64,000 nucleotides of DNA from Eledone cirrhosa (taxonomy: Eukaryota), in the NCBI GenBank assembly GCA_964016885.1, contig OZ024742.1, positions 367,536,001-367,600,000 on the forward strand. The letters are read 5' to 3'. Positions 13,301 to 27,459 of this stretch are shown piece after piece. The notes under the pieces were generated by a model that was not told the DNA's origin, did not search any database, and saw nothing but the letters and a program-made list of their open reading frames with translations. The translations under genes and the position numbers were made by a program. How positions within the stretch are numbered: position 1 is the first letter of the stretch; every line of letters starts with the position of its first letter.

Positions 13301-15190
13301 TGGTTTTATCTGGTCCTGTATCATTTAGTGATCACTCATGGTCGAATGTTCGATTGGGAAACCAGCTGGTTTTATCTGGTCCTGTATCATTTGGTGATCA
13401 CTCAATTGTCGAATGTTCGATTGCGAAACCAGCTGGTTTTATCTGGTCCTGTATCATTTGGTGATCACTCATGGTCGAATGTTCGATTGGGAAACCAGCT
13501 GGTTTTATCTGGTCCTGTATCATTTGGTGTTCACTAATGGTCGAATGTTCGATTGGGAAACCAGCTGGTTTTATCTGGTCCTGTATCATTTGGTGACCAC
13601 TAATGGTCGAATGTTCGATTGGGAAACCAGCTGGTTTTATCTGGTCCTGATTCATTTGGTGATCACTATTGGTCGAATGTTCGATTGGGAAACCAGTTGG
13701 TTTTATCTGGTCCTGTATCATTTGGTGATCACTCATGGTCGAATGTTCGATTGGGAAACCAGCTGGTTTTATATGGTCCTGTATCATTTGTTGATCACTA
13801 ATGGTCGAATGTTCGATTGGAAAACCAGCTGGTTTTATCTGGTCCTGTATCATTTGGTGATCACTCATGGTCGAATGTTCGAATGGGAAACCAGCTGGTT
13901 TTATCTGGTCCTGTATCATTTGGTGATCACTAATGGGCGAATGTTCTATTGGGAAACCAGCTGGTTTTATCTGGGCCTGTGTCATTTGGTGATCACTAAT
14001 GGTCGAATGTTCGATTGGGAAACCAGCTGGTTTTATCTGGTCCTGATTCATTTGGTGATCACTATTGGTCGAATGTTCGATTGGGAAACCAGCTGGTTTT
14101 ATCTGGTCCTGTATCATTTGGTGATCACTCATGGTCGAATGTTCGATTGGGAAACCAGCTGGTTTTATCTGGTCCTGTATCATTTGGTGATCACTAATGG
14201 TCGAATGTTCGATCGGAAAACCAGCTGGTTTTATCTGGTCCTGTATCATTTGGTGATCACTCATGGTCGAATGTTCGATTGGAAAACCAGTTGGTTTTAT
14301 CTGGTCCTGTATCATTTGGTGATCACTCATGGTCGAATGTTCGATTGGAAAACCAGCTGGTTTTATCTGGTCCTGTATCATTTGGTGATCACTCATGGTC
14401 GAATGTTCGATTGGGAAACCAGCTGGTTTTATCTGGTCCTGTATCATTTGGTGACACTCATGGTCGAATGTTCGATTGGAAAACCAGCTCGTTTTATCTG
14501 GTCCTATATCATTTGGTGATCACTCATGGTCGAAAGTTCGATTGGGAAACCAGCTGGTTTTATCTGGTCCTGTATCATTTAGTGATCACTCATGGTCGAA
14601 TGTTCAATTGGGAAACCAGCTGGTTTTATCTGGTCCTGTATCATTTGGTGATCACTAATGGGCGAATGTTCGATTGGGAAACCAGCTGGTTTTATCTGGG
14701 CCTGTGTCATTTGGTGATCACTAATGGTCGAATGTTCGATTGGGAAACCAGCTGGTTTTATCTAGTCCTGATTCATTTGGTGATCACTATTGGTCGAATG
14801 TTCGATTGGGAAACCAGCTGGTTTTATCTGGTCCTGTATCATTTGGTGATCACTCATGGTCGAATGTTCGATTGGGAAACCAGCTGGTTTTATCTGGTCC
14901 TGTATCATTTGGTGATCACTAATGGTCGAATCTTCGATTGGAAAACCAGCTGGTTTTATCTGGTCCTGTATCATTTGGTGATCACTCATGGTCGAATGTT
15001 CGATTGGAAAACCAGTTGGTTTTATCTGGTCCTGTATCATTTGGTGATCACTCATGGTCGAATGTTCGATTGGAAAACCAGCTGGTTTTATCTGGTCCTG
15101 TATCATTTGGTGATCACTCATGGTCGAATGTTCGATTGGGAAACCAGCTGGTTTTATCTGGTCCTGTATCATTTGGTGATCACTCATGGT
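10400..15190. repeat. Higher-order duplication, offset 2904 bp (44 monomers)
   Basis: ORF pairs 10494/13398, 11572/14476, 11858/14762 and 12034/14938 differ by 2904. Both copies share the +1 (CTCAATTGTCG) and -1 (GGTGACACTC) markers. Confidence 0.85.
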
Positions 15191-18100
15191 CGAATGTTCG
15201 ATTGGAAAACCAGCTCGTTTTATCTGGTCCTATATCATTTGGTGATCACTCATGGTCGAAAGTTCGATTGGGAAACCAGCTGGTTTTATCTGGTCCTGTA
15301 TCATTTAGTGATCACTCATGGTCGAATGTTCGATTGGGAAACCAGCTGGTTTTATCTGGTCCTGTATCATTTGGTGATCACTCATGGTCGAATGTTCGAT
15401 TGGGAAACCAGCTGGTTTTATCTGGGCCTGTATCATTTGGTGTTCACTAATGGTCGAATGTTCGATTGGGAAACCAGCTGGTTTTATCTGGTCCTGTATC
15501 ATTTGGTGACCACTAATGGTCGAATATTCGATTGGGAAACCAGCTGGTTTTATCTGGTCCTGATTCATTTGGTGATCACTATTGGTCGAATGTTCGATTG
15601 GGAAACCAGTTGGTTTTATCTGGTCCTGTATCATTTGGTGATCACTCATGGTCGAATGTTCGATTGGGAAACCAGTTGGTTTTATCTGGTCCTGTATCAT
15701 TTGGTGATCACTCATGGTCGAATGTTCGATTGGAAAACCAGCTGGTTTTATCTGGTCCTGTATCATTTGGTGATCACTCATGGTCGAATGTTCGATTGGG
15801 AAACCAGCTGGTTTTATCTGGTCCTGTATCATTTGGTGATCACTCATGGTCGAATATTCGATTGGGAAACCAGCTGGTTTTATCTGGTCCTGTATCATTT
15901 GGTGATCACTAATGGTCGAATGTTCGATTGGAAAACCAGCTGGTTTTATCTGGTCCTGTATCATTTGGTGATCACTCATGGTCGAATGTTCGAATGGGAA
16001 ACCAGCTGGTTTTATCTGGTCCTGTATCATTTGGTGATCACTAATGGGCGAATGTTCGATTGGGAAACCAGCTGGTTTTATCTGGGCCTGTGTCATTTGG
16101 TGATCACTAATGGTCGAATGTTCGATTGGGAAACCAGCTGGTTTTATCTGGTCCTGTATCATTTGGTGATCACTCATGGTCGAATGTTCGATTGGGAAAC
16201 CAGCTGGTTTTATCTGGTCCTGTATCAATTGGTGATCACTAATGGTCGAATGTTCGATTGGAAAACCAGCTGGTTTTATCTGTTCCTGTATCATTTGGTG
16301 ATCACTCATGGTCGAATGTTCGATTGGAAAACCAGTTGGTTTTATCTGGTCCTGTATCATTTGGTGATCACTCATGGTCGAATGTTCGATTGCGAAACCA
16401 GCTGGTTTTATCTGGTCCTGTATCATTTGGTGATCACTCATGGTCGAATGTTCGATTGGGAAACCAGCTGGTTTTATCTGGTCCTGTATCATTTGCTGAT
16501 CACTCATGGTCGAATGTTCGATTGGGAAACCAGCTGGTTTTATCTGGTCCTGTATCATTTGGTGATCACTCATGGTCGAATGTTCGATTGGAAAACCAGC
16601 TGGTTTTATCTGGTCCTGTGTCATTTGGTGATCACTAATGGTCGAATGTTCGATTGGGAAACCAGCTCGTTTTATCTGGTCCTGTGTCATTTGGCGATCA
16701 CTAATGGTCGAATGTTCGATTGGGAAACTAGCTGTTTTTATCTGGTCCTGTATCATTTGGTGATCACGCATGGTCGAATGTTCGATTGGGAAACCAGCTG
16801 GTTTTATCTGGTCCTGTATCATTTGGTGATCACTCATGGTCGAATGTTCGATTGGGAAACTAGCTGGTTTTATCTGGTCCTGTATCATTTAGTGATCACT
16901 CATGGTCGAATGTTCGATTGGGAAACCAGCTGGTTTTATCTGGTCCTGTATCATTTGGTGATCACTCAATTGTCGAATGTTCGATTGCGAAACCAGCTGG
17001 TTTTATCTGGTCCTGTATCATTTGGTGATCACTCATGGTCGAATGTTCGATTGGGAAACCAGCTGGTTTTATCTGGTCCTGTATCATTTGGTGTTCACTA
17101 ATGGTCGAATGTTCGATTGGGAAACCAGCTGGTTTTATCTGGTCCTGTATCATTTGGTGACCACTAATGGTCGAATGTTCGATTGGGAAACCAGCTGGTT
17201 TTATCTGGTCCTGATTCATTTGGTGATCACTATTGGTCGAATGTTCGATTGGGAAACCAGTTGGTTTTATCTGGTCCTGTATCATTTGGTGATCACTCAT
17301 GGTCGAATGTTCGATTGGGAAACCAGCTGGTTTTATATGGTCCTGTATCATTTGTTGATCACTAATGGTCGAATGTTCGATTGGAAAACCAGCTGGTTTT
17401 ATCTGGTCCTGTATCATTTGGTGATCACTCATGGTCGAATGTTCGAATGGGAAACCAGCTGGTTTTATCTGGTCCTGTATCATTTGGTGATCACTAATGG
17501 GCGAATGTTCGATTGGGAAACCAGCTGGTTTTATCTGGGCCTGTGTCATTTGGTGATCACTAATGGTCGAATGTTCGATTGGGAAACCAGCTGGTTTTAT
17601 CTGGTCCTGATTCATTTGGTGATCACTATTGGTCGAATGTTCGATTGGGAAACCAGCTGGTTTTATCTGGTCCTGTATCATTTGGTGATCACTCATGGTC
17701 GAATGTTCGATTGGGAAACCAGCTGGTTTTATCTGGTCCTGTATCATTTGGTGATCACTAATGGTCGAATGTTCGATTGGAAAACCAGCTGGTTTTATCT
17801 GGTCCTGTATCATTTGGTGATCACTCATGGTCGAATGTTCGATTGGAAAACCAGTTGGTTTTATCTGGTCCTGTATCATTTGGTGATCACTCATGGTCGA
17901 ATGTTCGATTGGAAAACCAGCTGGTTTTATCTGGTCCTGTATCATTTGGTGATCACTCATGGTCGAATGTTCGATTGGGAAACCAGCTGGTTTTATCTGG
18001 TCCTGTATCATTTGGTGACACTCATGGTCGAATGTTCGATTGGAAAACCAGCTCGTTTTATCTGGTCCTATATCATTTGGTGATCACTCATGGTCGAAAG

Positions 18101-19220
18101 TTCGATTGGGAAACCAGCTGGTTTTATCTGGTCCTGTATCATTTAGTGATCACTCATGGTCGAATGTTCAATTGGGAAACCAGCTGGTTTTATCTGGTCC
18201 TGTATCATTTGGTGATCACTAATGGGCGAATGTTCGATTGGGAAACCAGCTGGTTTTATCTGGGCCTGTGTCATTTGGTGATCACTAATGGTCGAATGTT
18301 CGATTGGGAAACCAGCTGGTTTTATCTAGTCCTGATTCATTTGGTGATCACTATTGGTCGAATGTTCGATTGGGAAACCAGCTGGTTTTATCTGGTCCTG
18401 TATCATTTGGTGATCACTCATGGTCGAATGTTCGATTGGGAAACCAGCTGGTTTTATCTGGTCCTGTATCATTTGGTGATCACTAATGGTCGAATCTTCG
18501 ATTGGAAAACCAGCTGGTTTTATCTGGTCCTGTATCATTTGGTGATCACTCATGGTCGAATGTTCGATTGGAAAACCAGTTGGTTTTATCTGGTCCTGTA
18601 TCATTTGGTGATCACTCATGGTCGAATGTTCGATTGGAAAACCAGCTGGTTTTATCTGGTCCTGTATCATTTGGTGATCACTCATGGTCGAATGTTCGAT
18701 TGGGAAACCAGCTGGTTTTATCTGGTCCTGTATCATTTGGTGATCACTCATGGTCGAATGTTCGATTGGAAAACCAGCTCGTTTTATCTGGTCCTATATC
18801 ATTTGGTGATCACTCATGGTCGAAAGTTCGATTGGGAAACCAGCTGGTTTTATCTGGTCCTGTATCATTTAGTGATCACTCATGGTCGAATGTTCGATTG
18901 GGAAACCAGCTGGTTTTATCTGGTCCTGTATCATTTGGTGATCACTCATGGTCGAATGTTCGATTGGGAAACCAGCTGGTTTTATCTGGTCCTGTATCAT
19001 TTGGTGTTCACTAATGGTCGAATGTTCGATTGGGAAACCAGCTGGTTTTATCTGGTCCTGTATCATTTGGTGACCACTAATGGTCGAATATTCGATTGGG
19101 AAACCAGCTGGTTTTATCTGGTCCTGATTCATTTGGTGATCACTATTGGTCGAATGTTCGATTGGGAAACCAGTTGGTTTTATCTGGTCCTGTATCATTT
19201 GGTGATCACTCATGGTCGAA
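12100..19220. repeat. Higher-order tandem duplication, period 3564 bp (54 monomers), 2 copies
   Basis: ORF pairs 12694/16258, 13398/16962, 14762/18326 and 15532/19096 differ by 3564. A few SNVs are copy-private (about 13947, 14214, 16283). Confidence 0.92.
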
Positions 19221-22200
19221 TGTTCGATTGGGAAACCAGCTGGTTTTATCTGGTCCTGTATCATTTGGTGATCACTAATGGTCGAATGTTCGATTGGAAA
19301 ACCAGCTGGTTTTATCTGGTCCTGTATCATTTGGTGATCACTCATGGTCGAATGTTCGAATGGGAAACCAGCTGGTTTTATCTGGTCCTGTATCATTTGG
19401 TGATCACTAATGGGCGAATGTTCGATTGGGAAACCAGCTGGTTTTATCTGGGCCTGTGTCATTTGGTGATCACTAATGGTCGAATGTTCGATTGGGAAAC
19501 CAGCTGGTTTTATCTGGTCCTGATTCATTTGGTGATCACTATTGGTCGAATGTTCGATTGGGAAACCAGCTGGTTTTATCTGGTCCTGTATCATTTGGTG
19601 ATCACTCATGGTCGAATGTTCGATTGGGAAACCAGCTGGTTTTATCTGGTCCTGTATCAATTGGTGATCACTAATGGTCGAATGTTCGATTGGAAAACCA
19701 GCTGGTTTTATCTGGTCCTGTATCATTTGGTGATCACTCATGGTCGAATGTTCGATTGGAAAACCAGTTGGTTTTATCTGGTCCTGTATCATTTGGTGAT
19801 CACTCATGGTCGAATGTTCGATTGCGAAACCAGCTGGTTTTATCTGGTCCTGTATCATTTGGTGATCACTCATGGTCGAATGTTCGATTGGGAAACCAGC
19901 TGGTTTTAACTGGTCCTGTATCATTTGGTGATCACTCATGGTCGAATGTTCGATTGGGAAACCAGCTGGTTTTATCTGGTCCTGTATCATTTGGTGATCA
20001 CTCATGGTCGAATGTTCGATTGGAAAACCAGCTGGTTTTATCTGGTCCTGTGTCATTTGGTGATCACTAATGGTCGAATGTTCGATTGGGAAACCAGCTC
20101 GTTTTATCTGGTCCTGTGTCATTTGGCGATCACTAATGGTCGAATGTTCGATTGGGAAACTAGCTGTTTTTATCTGGTCCTGTATCATTTGGTGATCACG
20201 CATGGTCGAATGTTCGATTGGGAAACCAGCTGGTTTTATCTGGTCCTGTATCATTTGGTGATCACTCATGGTCGAATGTTCGATTGGGAAACTAGCTGGT
20301 TTTATCTGGTCCTGTATCATTTGGTGATCACTCATGGTCGAATGTTCGATTGGGAAACCAGCTGGTTTTATCTGGTCCTGTGTCATTTGGTGATCACTAA
20401 TGGTCGAATGTTCGATTGGGAAACTAGCTGGTTTTATGTGGTCCTGTATCATTTGGTGATCACTCATGGTCGAATGTTCGATTGGGAAACCAGCTGGTTT
20501 TATCTGGTCCTGTCTCATTTGGTGATCACTAATGGTCGAATGTTCGATTGGGAAACAAGCTGGTTTTATCTGGTCCTGTATCATTTGGTGATCACTGATG
20601 GTCGAATGTTCGATTGGGAAACCAGCTGGTTTTATCTGGTCCTGTCTCATTTGGTGATCACTAATGGTCGAATGTTCGATTGGGAAACTAGCTGGTTTTA
20701 TCTGGTCCTGTATCATTTGGTGATCACTGATGGTCGAATGTTCGATTGGGAAACCAGCTGGTTTTATCTGGTCCTGTATCATTTGGTGATCACTCATGGT
20801 CGAATGTTCAATTGGGAAACCAGCTGGTTTTATCTGGTCCTGTACCATTTGGTGATCACTCATGGTCGACTGTTCGATTGGAAAACCAGCTGGTTTTATC
20901 TGGTCCTGTATCATTTGGTGATCACTTATGGTCGAATGTTCGATTGGGAAACCAGCTGGTTTTATATGGTCCTGTATCATTTGGTGATCACTCATGGTCG
21001 AATGTTCGATTGGTAAACCAGCTAGTTTTATCTGGTCCTGTATCATTTGGTGATCACTCATGATCGAATGTTCGATTGGGAAACCAGCTGGTTTTATCTG
21101 GTCCTGTATCATTTGGTGATCACTCATGGTCGAATGTTCGATTGGGAAACCAGCTGGTTTTATCTGGTCCTGTATCATTTGGTGATCACTCATGGTCGAA
21201 TGTTCGATTTGAAAACCAGCTGTTTTATCTGGTCAAGTATCATTTGGTGATCACTCATGGACGAATGTTCGATTGGGAAACCAGCTGGTTTTATCTGGTC
21301 CTGTATCATTTGGTGATCACTCATGGTCGAATGTTCGATTGGGAAACCAGCTGGTTTTATCTGGTCCTGTATCGTTTGGTGATCACTAATGGTCGAATGT
21401 TCGATTGGGAAACCAGCTGGTTTTACCTGGTCCTGTATCATTTGGTGATCACTCATGGTCGAATGTTCGATTGTGAAACCAGCTGGTTTTATCTGGTCCT
21501 GTATCATTTGGTGAGCCCTATTGGTCGAATGTTCGATTGGAAAACCAGCTGGTTTTATCTGGTCCTATATCATTTGGTGATCACTCATGGTCGAATGTTC
21601 GATTGGGAAACCAGCTGGTTTTATCTGGTCCTGTATCATTTGGTGATCACTCATGGTCGAATGTTCGAATGGAAAACCAGCTTGTTTTATCTGGTCCTGT
21701 ATCATTTGGTGATCACTCATGGTCTAATGTTCGATTGGGAAACCAGCTGGTTTTATCTGGTCCTCCATCATTTGGTGATCACTCATGGTCGAATGTTCGA
21801 TTGGGAAACCAGCTGGTTTTATCTGGTCCTGTATCATTTGGTGATCACTCATGGTCGAATGTTCGATTGGGAAACCAGCTGGTTTTATCTGGTCCAGTAT
21901 CATTTGGTGATCACACATGGTCGAATGTTCGATTGGGAAACCAGCTGGTTTTATCGTGTCCTGTATCATTTGGTGATCACTAATGGTCGAATGTTCGATT
22001 GGGAAACCAGCTGGTTTTATCTGGTCCTGTATCATTTGGTGATCACTATTGATCGAATGTTCGATTGGGAAACCAGCTGGTTTTATCTGGTCCTGAATCA
22101 TTTGGTGATCACTGATGGTCGAATGTTCGATTGGGAAACTAGCTGGTTTTATCTGGTCCTGTATCATTTGGTGATCACTCATGGTCGAATGTTCGATTGG

Positions 22201-25200
22201 GAAACCAGCTGGTTTTATCTGGTCCTGTATCATTTGGTGATCACTAATGGGCGAATGTTCGATTGGGAAACCAGCTGGTTTTATCTGGTCCTGTGTCATT
22301 TGGTGATCACTAATGGTCGAATGTTCGATTGGGAAACCAGCTGGTTTTATCTGGTCCTGTATCATTTGGTGATCACTCATGGTCGAATGTTCGATTGCGA
22401 AACCAGCTGGTTTTATCTGGGCCTGTGTCATTTGGTGATCACTAATGGTCGAATGTTCGATTGGGAAACCAGCTGGTTTTATCTGGTCCTGTATCATTTG
22501 GTGATCACTCATGGTCGAATGTTCGATTGGGAAACCAGCTGGTTTTATCTGGTCCTGTATCATTTCGTGATCACTCATGGTCGAATGTTCGATTGCGAAA
22601 CCAGCTGGTTTTATCTGGGCCTGTGTCATTTGGTGATCACTCATGGTCGAATGTTCGATTGCGAAACCAGGTGGTTTTATCTGGGCCTGTGTCATTTGGT
22701 GATCACTAATGGTCGAATGTTCGATTGGGAAACCAGCTGGTTTTATCTGGTCCTGTATCATTTGGTGATCACTCATGGTCGAATGTTCGATTGGGAAACC
22801 AGCTGGTTTTATCTGGTCCTGTATCATTTGGTGATCACTCATGGTCGAATGTTCGATTGCGAAACGAGCTGGTTTTATCTGGGCCTGTGACATTTGGTGA
22901 TCACTAATGGTCGAATGTTCGATTGGGAAACCAGCTGGTTTTATCTGCTCCTGTATCATTTGGTGATCACTCATGGTCGAATGTTCGATTGCGAAACCAG
23001 CTGGTTTTATCTGGGCCTGTGTCATTTGGTGATCACTAATGGTCGAATGTTCGATTGGGAAACCAGCTGGTTTTATCTGGTCCTGTATCATTTGGTGATC
23101 ACTCATGGTCGAATGTTCGATTGGGAAACCAGCTGGTTTTATCTGGTCCTGTATCATTTCGTGATCACTCATGGTCGAATGTTCGATTGCGAAACCAGCT
23201 GGTTTTATCTGGGCCTGTGTCATTTGGTGATCACTCATGGTTGAATGTTCGATTGCGAAACCAGCTGGTTTTATCTGGGCATGTGTCATTTGGTGATCAC
23301 TCATGGTCGAATGTTCGATTGCGAAACCAGCTGGTTTTATCTGGGCCTGTGTCATTTGGTGATCACTAATGGTCGAATGTTCGATTGGGAAACCAGCTGG
23401 TTTTATCTGGTCCTGTATCATTTGGTGATCACTCATGGTCGAATGTTCGATTGGGAAACCAGCTGGTTTTATCTGGTCCTGTATCATTTGGTGATCACTC
23501 ATGGTCGAATGTTCGATTGCAAAACCAGCTGGTTTTATCTGGGCCTGTGTCATTTGGTGATCACTAATGGTCGAATGTTCGATTGGGAAACCAGCTGGTT
23601 TTATCTTGTCCTGTATCATTTGGTGATCACTATTGGTCGAATGTTCGATTGGGAAACCAGCTGGTTTTATCTGGTCCTGTATCATTTGGTGATCACTCAT
23701 GGTCGAATGTTCGATTGGGAAACCAGCTGGTTTTATCTGGTCCTGTATCATTTGGTGATCACTCATGGTCGAATGTTCGATTGCGAAACCAGCTGGTTTT
23801 ATCTGGTCCTGTATCATTTGGTGATCACTCATGGTCGAATGTTGGATTGGGAAACCAGCTGGTTTTATCTGGTACTGTATCATTTGGTGATCACTCATGG
23901 TCGAATGTTCGATTGGAAAACCAGCTGGTTTTATCTGGTCCTGTGTCATTTGGTGATCACTGATGGTCGAATGTTCGATTGGGAAACCAGCTCGTTTTAT
24001 CTGGTCCTGTGTCATTTGGTGATCACTAATGGTCGAATGTTCGATTGGGAAACTAGCTGTTTTTATCTGGTCCTGTATCATTTGGTGATCACTGATGGTC
24101 GAATGTTCGATTGGGAAACCAGCTGGTTTTATCTGGTCCTGTATCATTTGGTGATCACTCATGGTCAAATGTTCGATTGGAAAACCAGCTGGTTTTATCT
24201 GGTCCTATATCATTTGGTGATCACTCATGGTCGAAAGTTCGATTGGGAAACCAGCTGGTTTTATCTGGTCCTGTATCATTAAGTGATCACTCATGGTCGA
24301 ATGTTCGATTGGAAAACCAGCTGGTTTTATCTGGTCCTATATCATTTGGTGATCACTCATGGTCGAAAGTTCGATTGGGAAACCAGCTGGTTTTATCTGG
24401 TCCTGTATCATTTGGTGATCACTCATGGTCGAATGTTCGATTGGGAATCCAGCTGGTTTTATCTGGTCCTGTATCATTTGGTGATCACTCATGGTCGAAT
24501 GTTGAATTGGGAAACCAGCTGGTTTTATCTGGTCCTGTATCATTTTGTGATCACTCATGGTCGAATGTTGAATTGGGAAACCAGCTGGTTTTATCTGGTC
24601 CTGTATCATTTTGTGATCACTCATGGTCGAATGTTCGATTGGAAAACCAGCTGGTTTTATCTGGTCCTGTGTCATTTGGTGATCACTAATGGTCGAATGT
24701 TCGATTGGGGAACCAGCTCGTTTTATCTGGTCCTGTGTCATTTGGTGATCATTAATGGTCGAATGTTCGATTGGAAAACTAGCTGTTTTTATCTGGTCCT
24801 GTATCATTTGGTGATCACTCATGGTCGAATGTTCGATTGGGAAACCAGCTGGTTTTATCTGGTCCTGTAACATTTGGTGATCACTCATGGTCGAATGTTG
24901 AATTGGGAAACCAGCTGGTTTTATCTGGTCCTGTATCATTTTGTGATCACTCATGGTCGAATTTTCGATTGGAAATCCAGCTGGTTTTATCTGGTCCTGT
25001 GTCATTTGGTGATCACTAATGGTCGAATGTTCGATTGGGAAACCAGCTCGTTTTATCTGGTCCTGTGTCATTTGGTGATCACTAATGGTCGAATGTTCGA
25101 TTGGGAAACTAGCTGTTTTTATCTGGTCCTGTATCATTTGGTGATCACTCATGGTCGAATGTTCGATTGGGAAACCAGCTGGTTTTATCTGGTCCTGTAT

Positions 25201-27459
25201 CATTTGGTGATCACTCATGGTCGAATGTTCGATTGGAAAACCAGCTGGTTTTATCTGGTCCTATATCATTTGGTGATCACTCATGGTCGAAAGTTCGATT
25301 GGGAAACCAGCTGGTTTTATCTGGTCCTGTATCATTTGGTGATCACTCATGGTCGAATGTTCGATTGGGAATCCAGCTGGTTTTATCTGGTCCTGTATCA
25401 TTTGGTGATCACTCATGGTCGAATGTTCGATTGCGAATCCAGCTGGTTTTATCTGGTCCTGTATCATTTGGTGATCACTCATGGTCGAATGTTCGATTGG
25501 GAAACCAGCTGGTTTTATCTGGTCCTGTATCATTTGGTGATCACTCATTGTCGAATGTTGGATTGGGAAACGATCTGGTTTTATCTGGTCCTGTATCATT
25601 TTGTGATCACTCATGGTCGAATGTTCGATTGGAAAACCAGCTGGTTTTATCTGGTACTGTGTCATTTGGTGATCACTAATGGTCGAATGTTCAATTGGGA
25701 AACCAGCTTGTTTTATCTGGTCCTGTGTCATTTGGTGATCACTAATGGTCGAATGTTCGATTGGGAAACTAGATGTTTTTATCTGGTCCTGTATCATTTG
25801 GTGATCACTCATGGTTGAATGTTCGATTGGGAAACCAGCTGGTTTTATCTGGTCCGGTATCATTAAGTGATCACTCATGGTCGAATGTTCGATTGGAAAA
25901 CCAGCTGGTTTTATCTGGTCCTATATCATTTGGTGATCACTCATGGTCGAAAGTTCGATTGGGAAACCAGCTGGTTTTATCTGGTCCTGTATCATTTGGT
26001 GATCACTCATGGTCGAATGTTCGATTGGGAATCCAGCTGGTTTTATCTGGTCCTGTATCATTTGGTGATCACTCATGGTCGAATGTTCGATTGCGAAACC
26101 AGCTGGTTTTATCTGGTCCTGTATCATTTGGTGATCACTCATGGTCGAATGTTGAATTGGGAAACCAGCTGGTTTTATCTGGTCCTGTATCATTTTGTGA
26201 TCACTCATGGTCGAATGTTCGATTGGAAAACCAACTGGTTTTATCTGGTCCTGTGTCATTTGGTGATCACTAATGGTCGAATGTTCGATTGGGAAACCAG
26301 CTCGTTTTATCTGGTCCTGTGTCATTTGGTGATCATTAATGGTCGAATGTTCGATTGGGAAACTAGCTGTTTTTATCTGGTCCTGTATCATTTGGTGATC
26401 ACTCATGGTCGAATGTTCGATTGGGAAACCAGCTGGTTTTATCTGGTCCTGTAACATTTGGTGATCACTCATGGTCGAATGTTGAATTGGGAAACCAGCT
26501 GGTTTTATCTGGTCCTGTATCATTTTGTAATCACTCATGGTCGAAAGTTCGATTGGGAAACCAGCTGGTTTTATCTGGTCCTGTATCATTAAGTGATCAC
26601 TCATGGTCGAATGTTCGATTGGAAAACCAGCTGGTTTTATCTGGTCCTATATCATTTGGTGATCACTCATGGTCGAAAGTTCGATTGGGAAACCAGCTGG
26701 TTTTATCTGGTCCTGTATCATTTGGTGATCACTCATGGCCGAATGTTCGATTGGGAATCCAGCTGGTTCTATCTGGTCCTGTATCATTTGGTGATCACTC
26801 ATGGTCGAATGTTGAATTGGGAAACCAGCTGGTTTTATCTGGTCCTGTATCATTTTGTGATCACTCATGGTCGAATGTTGAATTGGGAAACCAGCTGGTT
26901 TTATCTGGTCCTGTATCAATTTGTGATCACTCATGGTCGAATGTTCGATTGGAAAACCAGCTGGTTTTATCTGGTCCTGTGTCATTTGGTGATCACTAAT
27001 GGTCGAATGTTCGATTGGGGAACCAGCTCGTTTTATCTGGTCCTGTGTCATTTGGTGATCATTAATGGTCGAATGTTCGATTGGAAAACTAGCTGTCTTT
27101 ATCTGGTCCTGTATCATTTGGTGATCACTCATGGTCGAATGTTCGATTGGGAAACCAGCTGGTTTTATCTGGTCCTGTATCATTTGGTGATCACTCATGG
27201 TCGAATGTTCGATTGGGAAACCAGCTGGTTTTATCTGGTCCTGTATCATTTGGTGATCACTCATGGTCGAATGTTCGATTGGGAATCCAGCTGGTTTTAT
27301 CTGGTCCTGTATCATTTGGTGATCACTCATGGTCGAATGTTCGATTGCGAATCCAGCTGGTTTTATCTGGTCCTGTATCATTTGGTGATCACTCATGGTC
27401 GAATGTTCGATTGGGAAACCAGCTGGTTTTATCTGGTCCTGTATCATTTGGTGATCACT

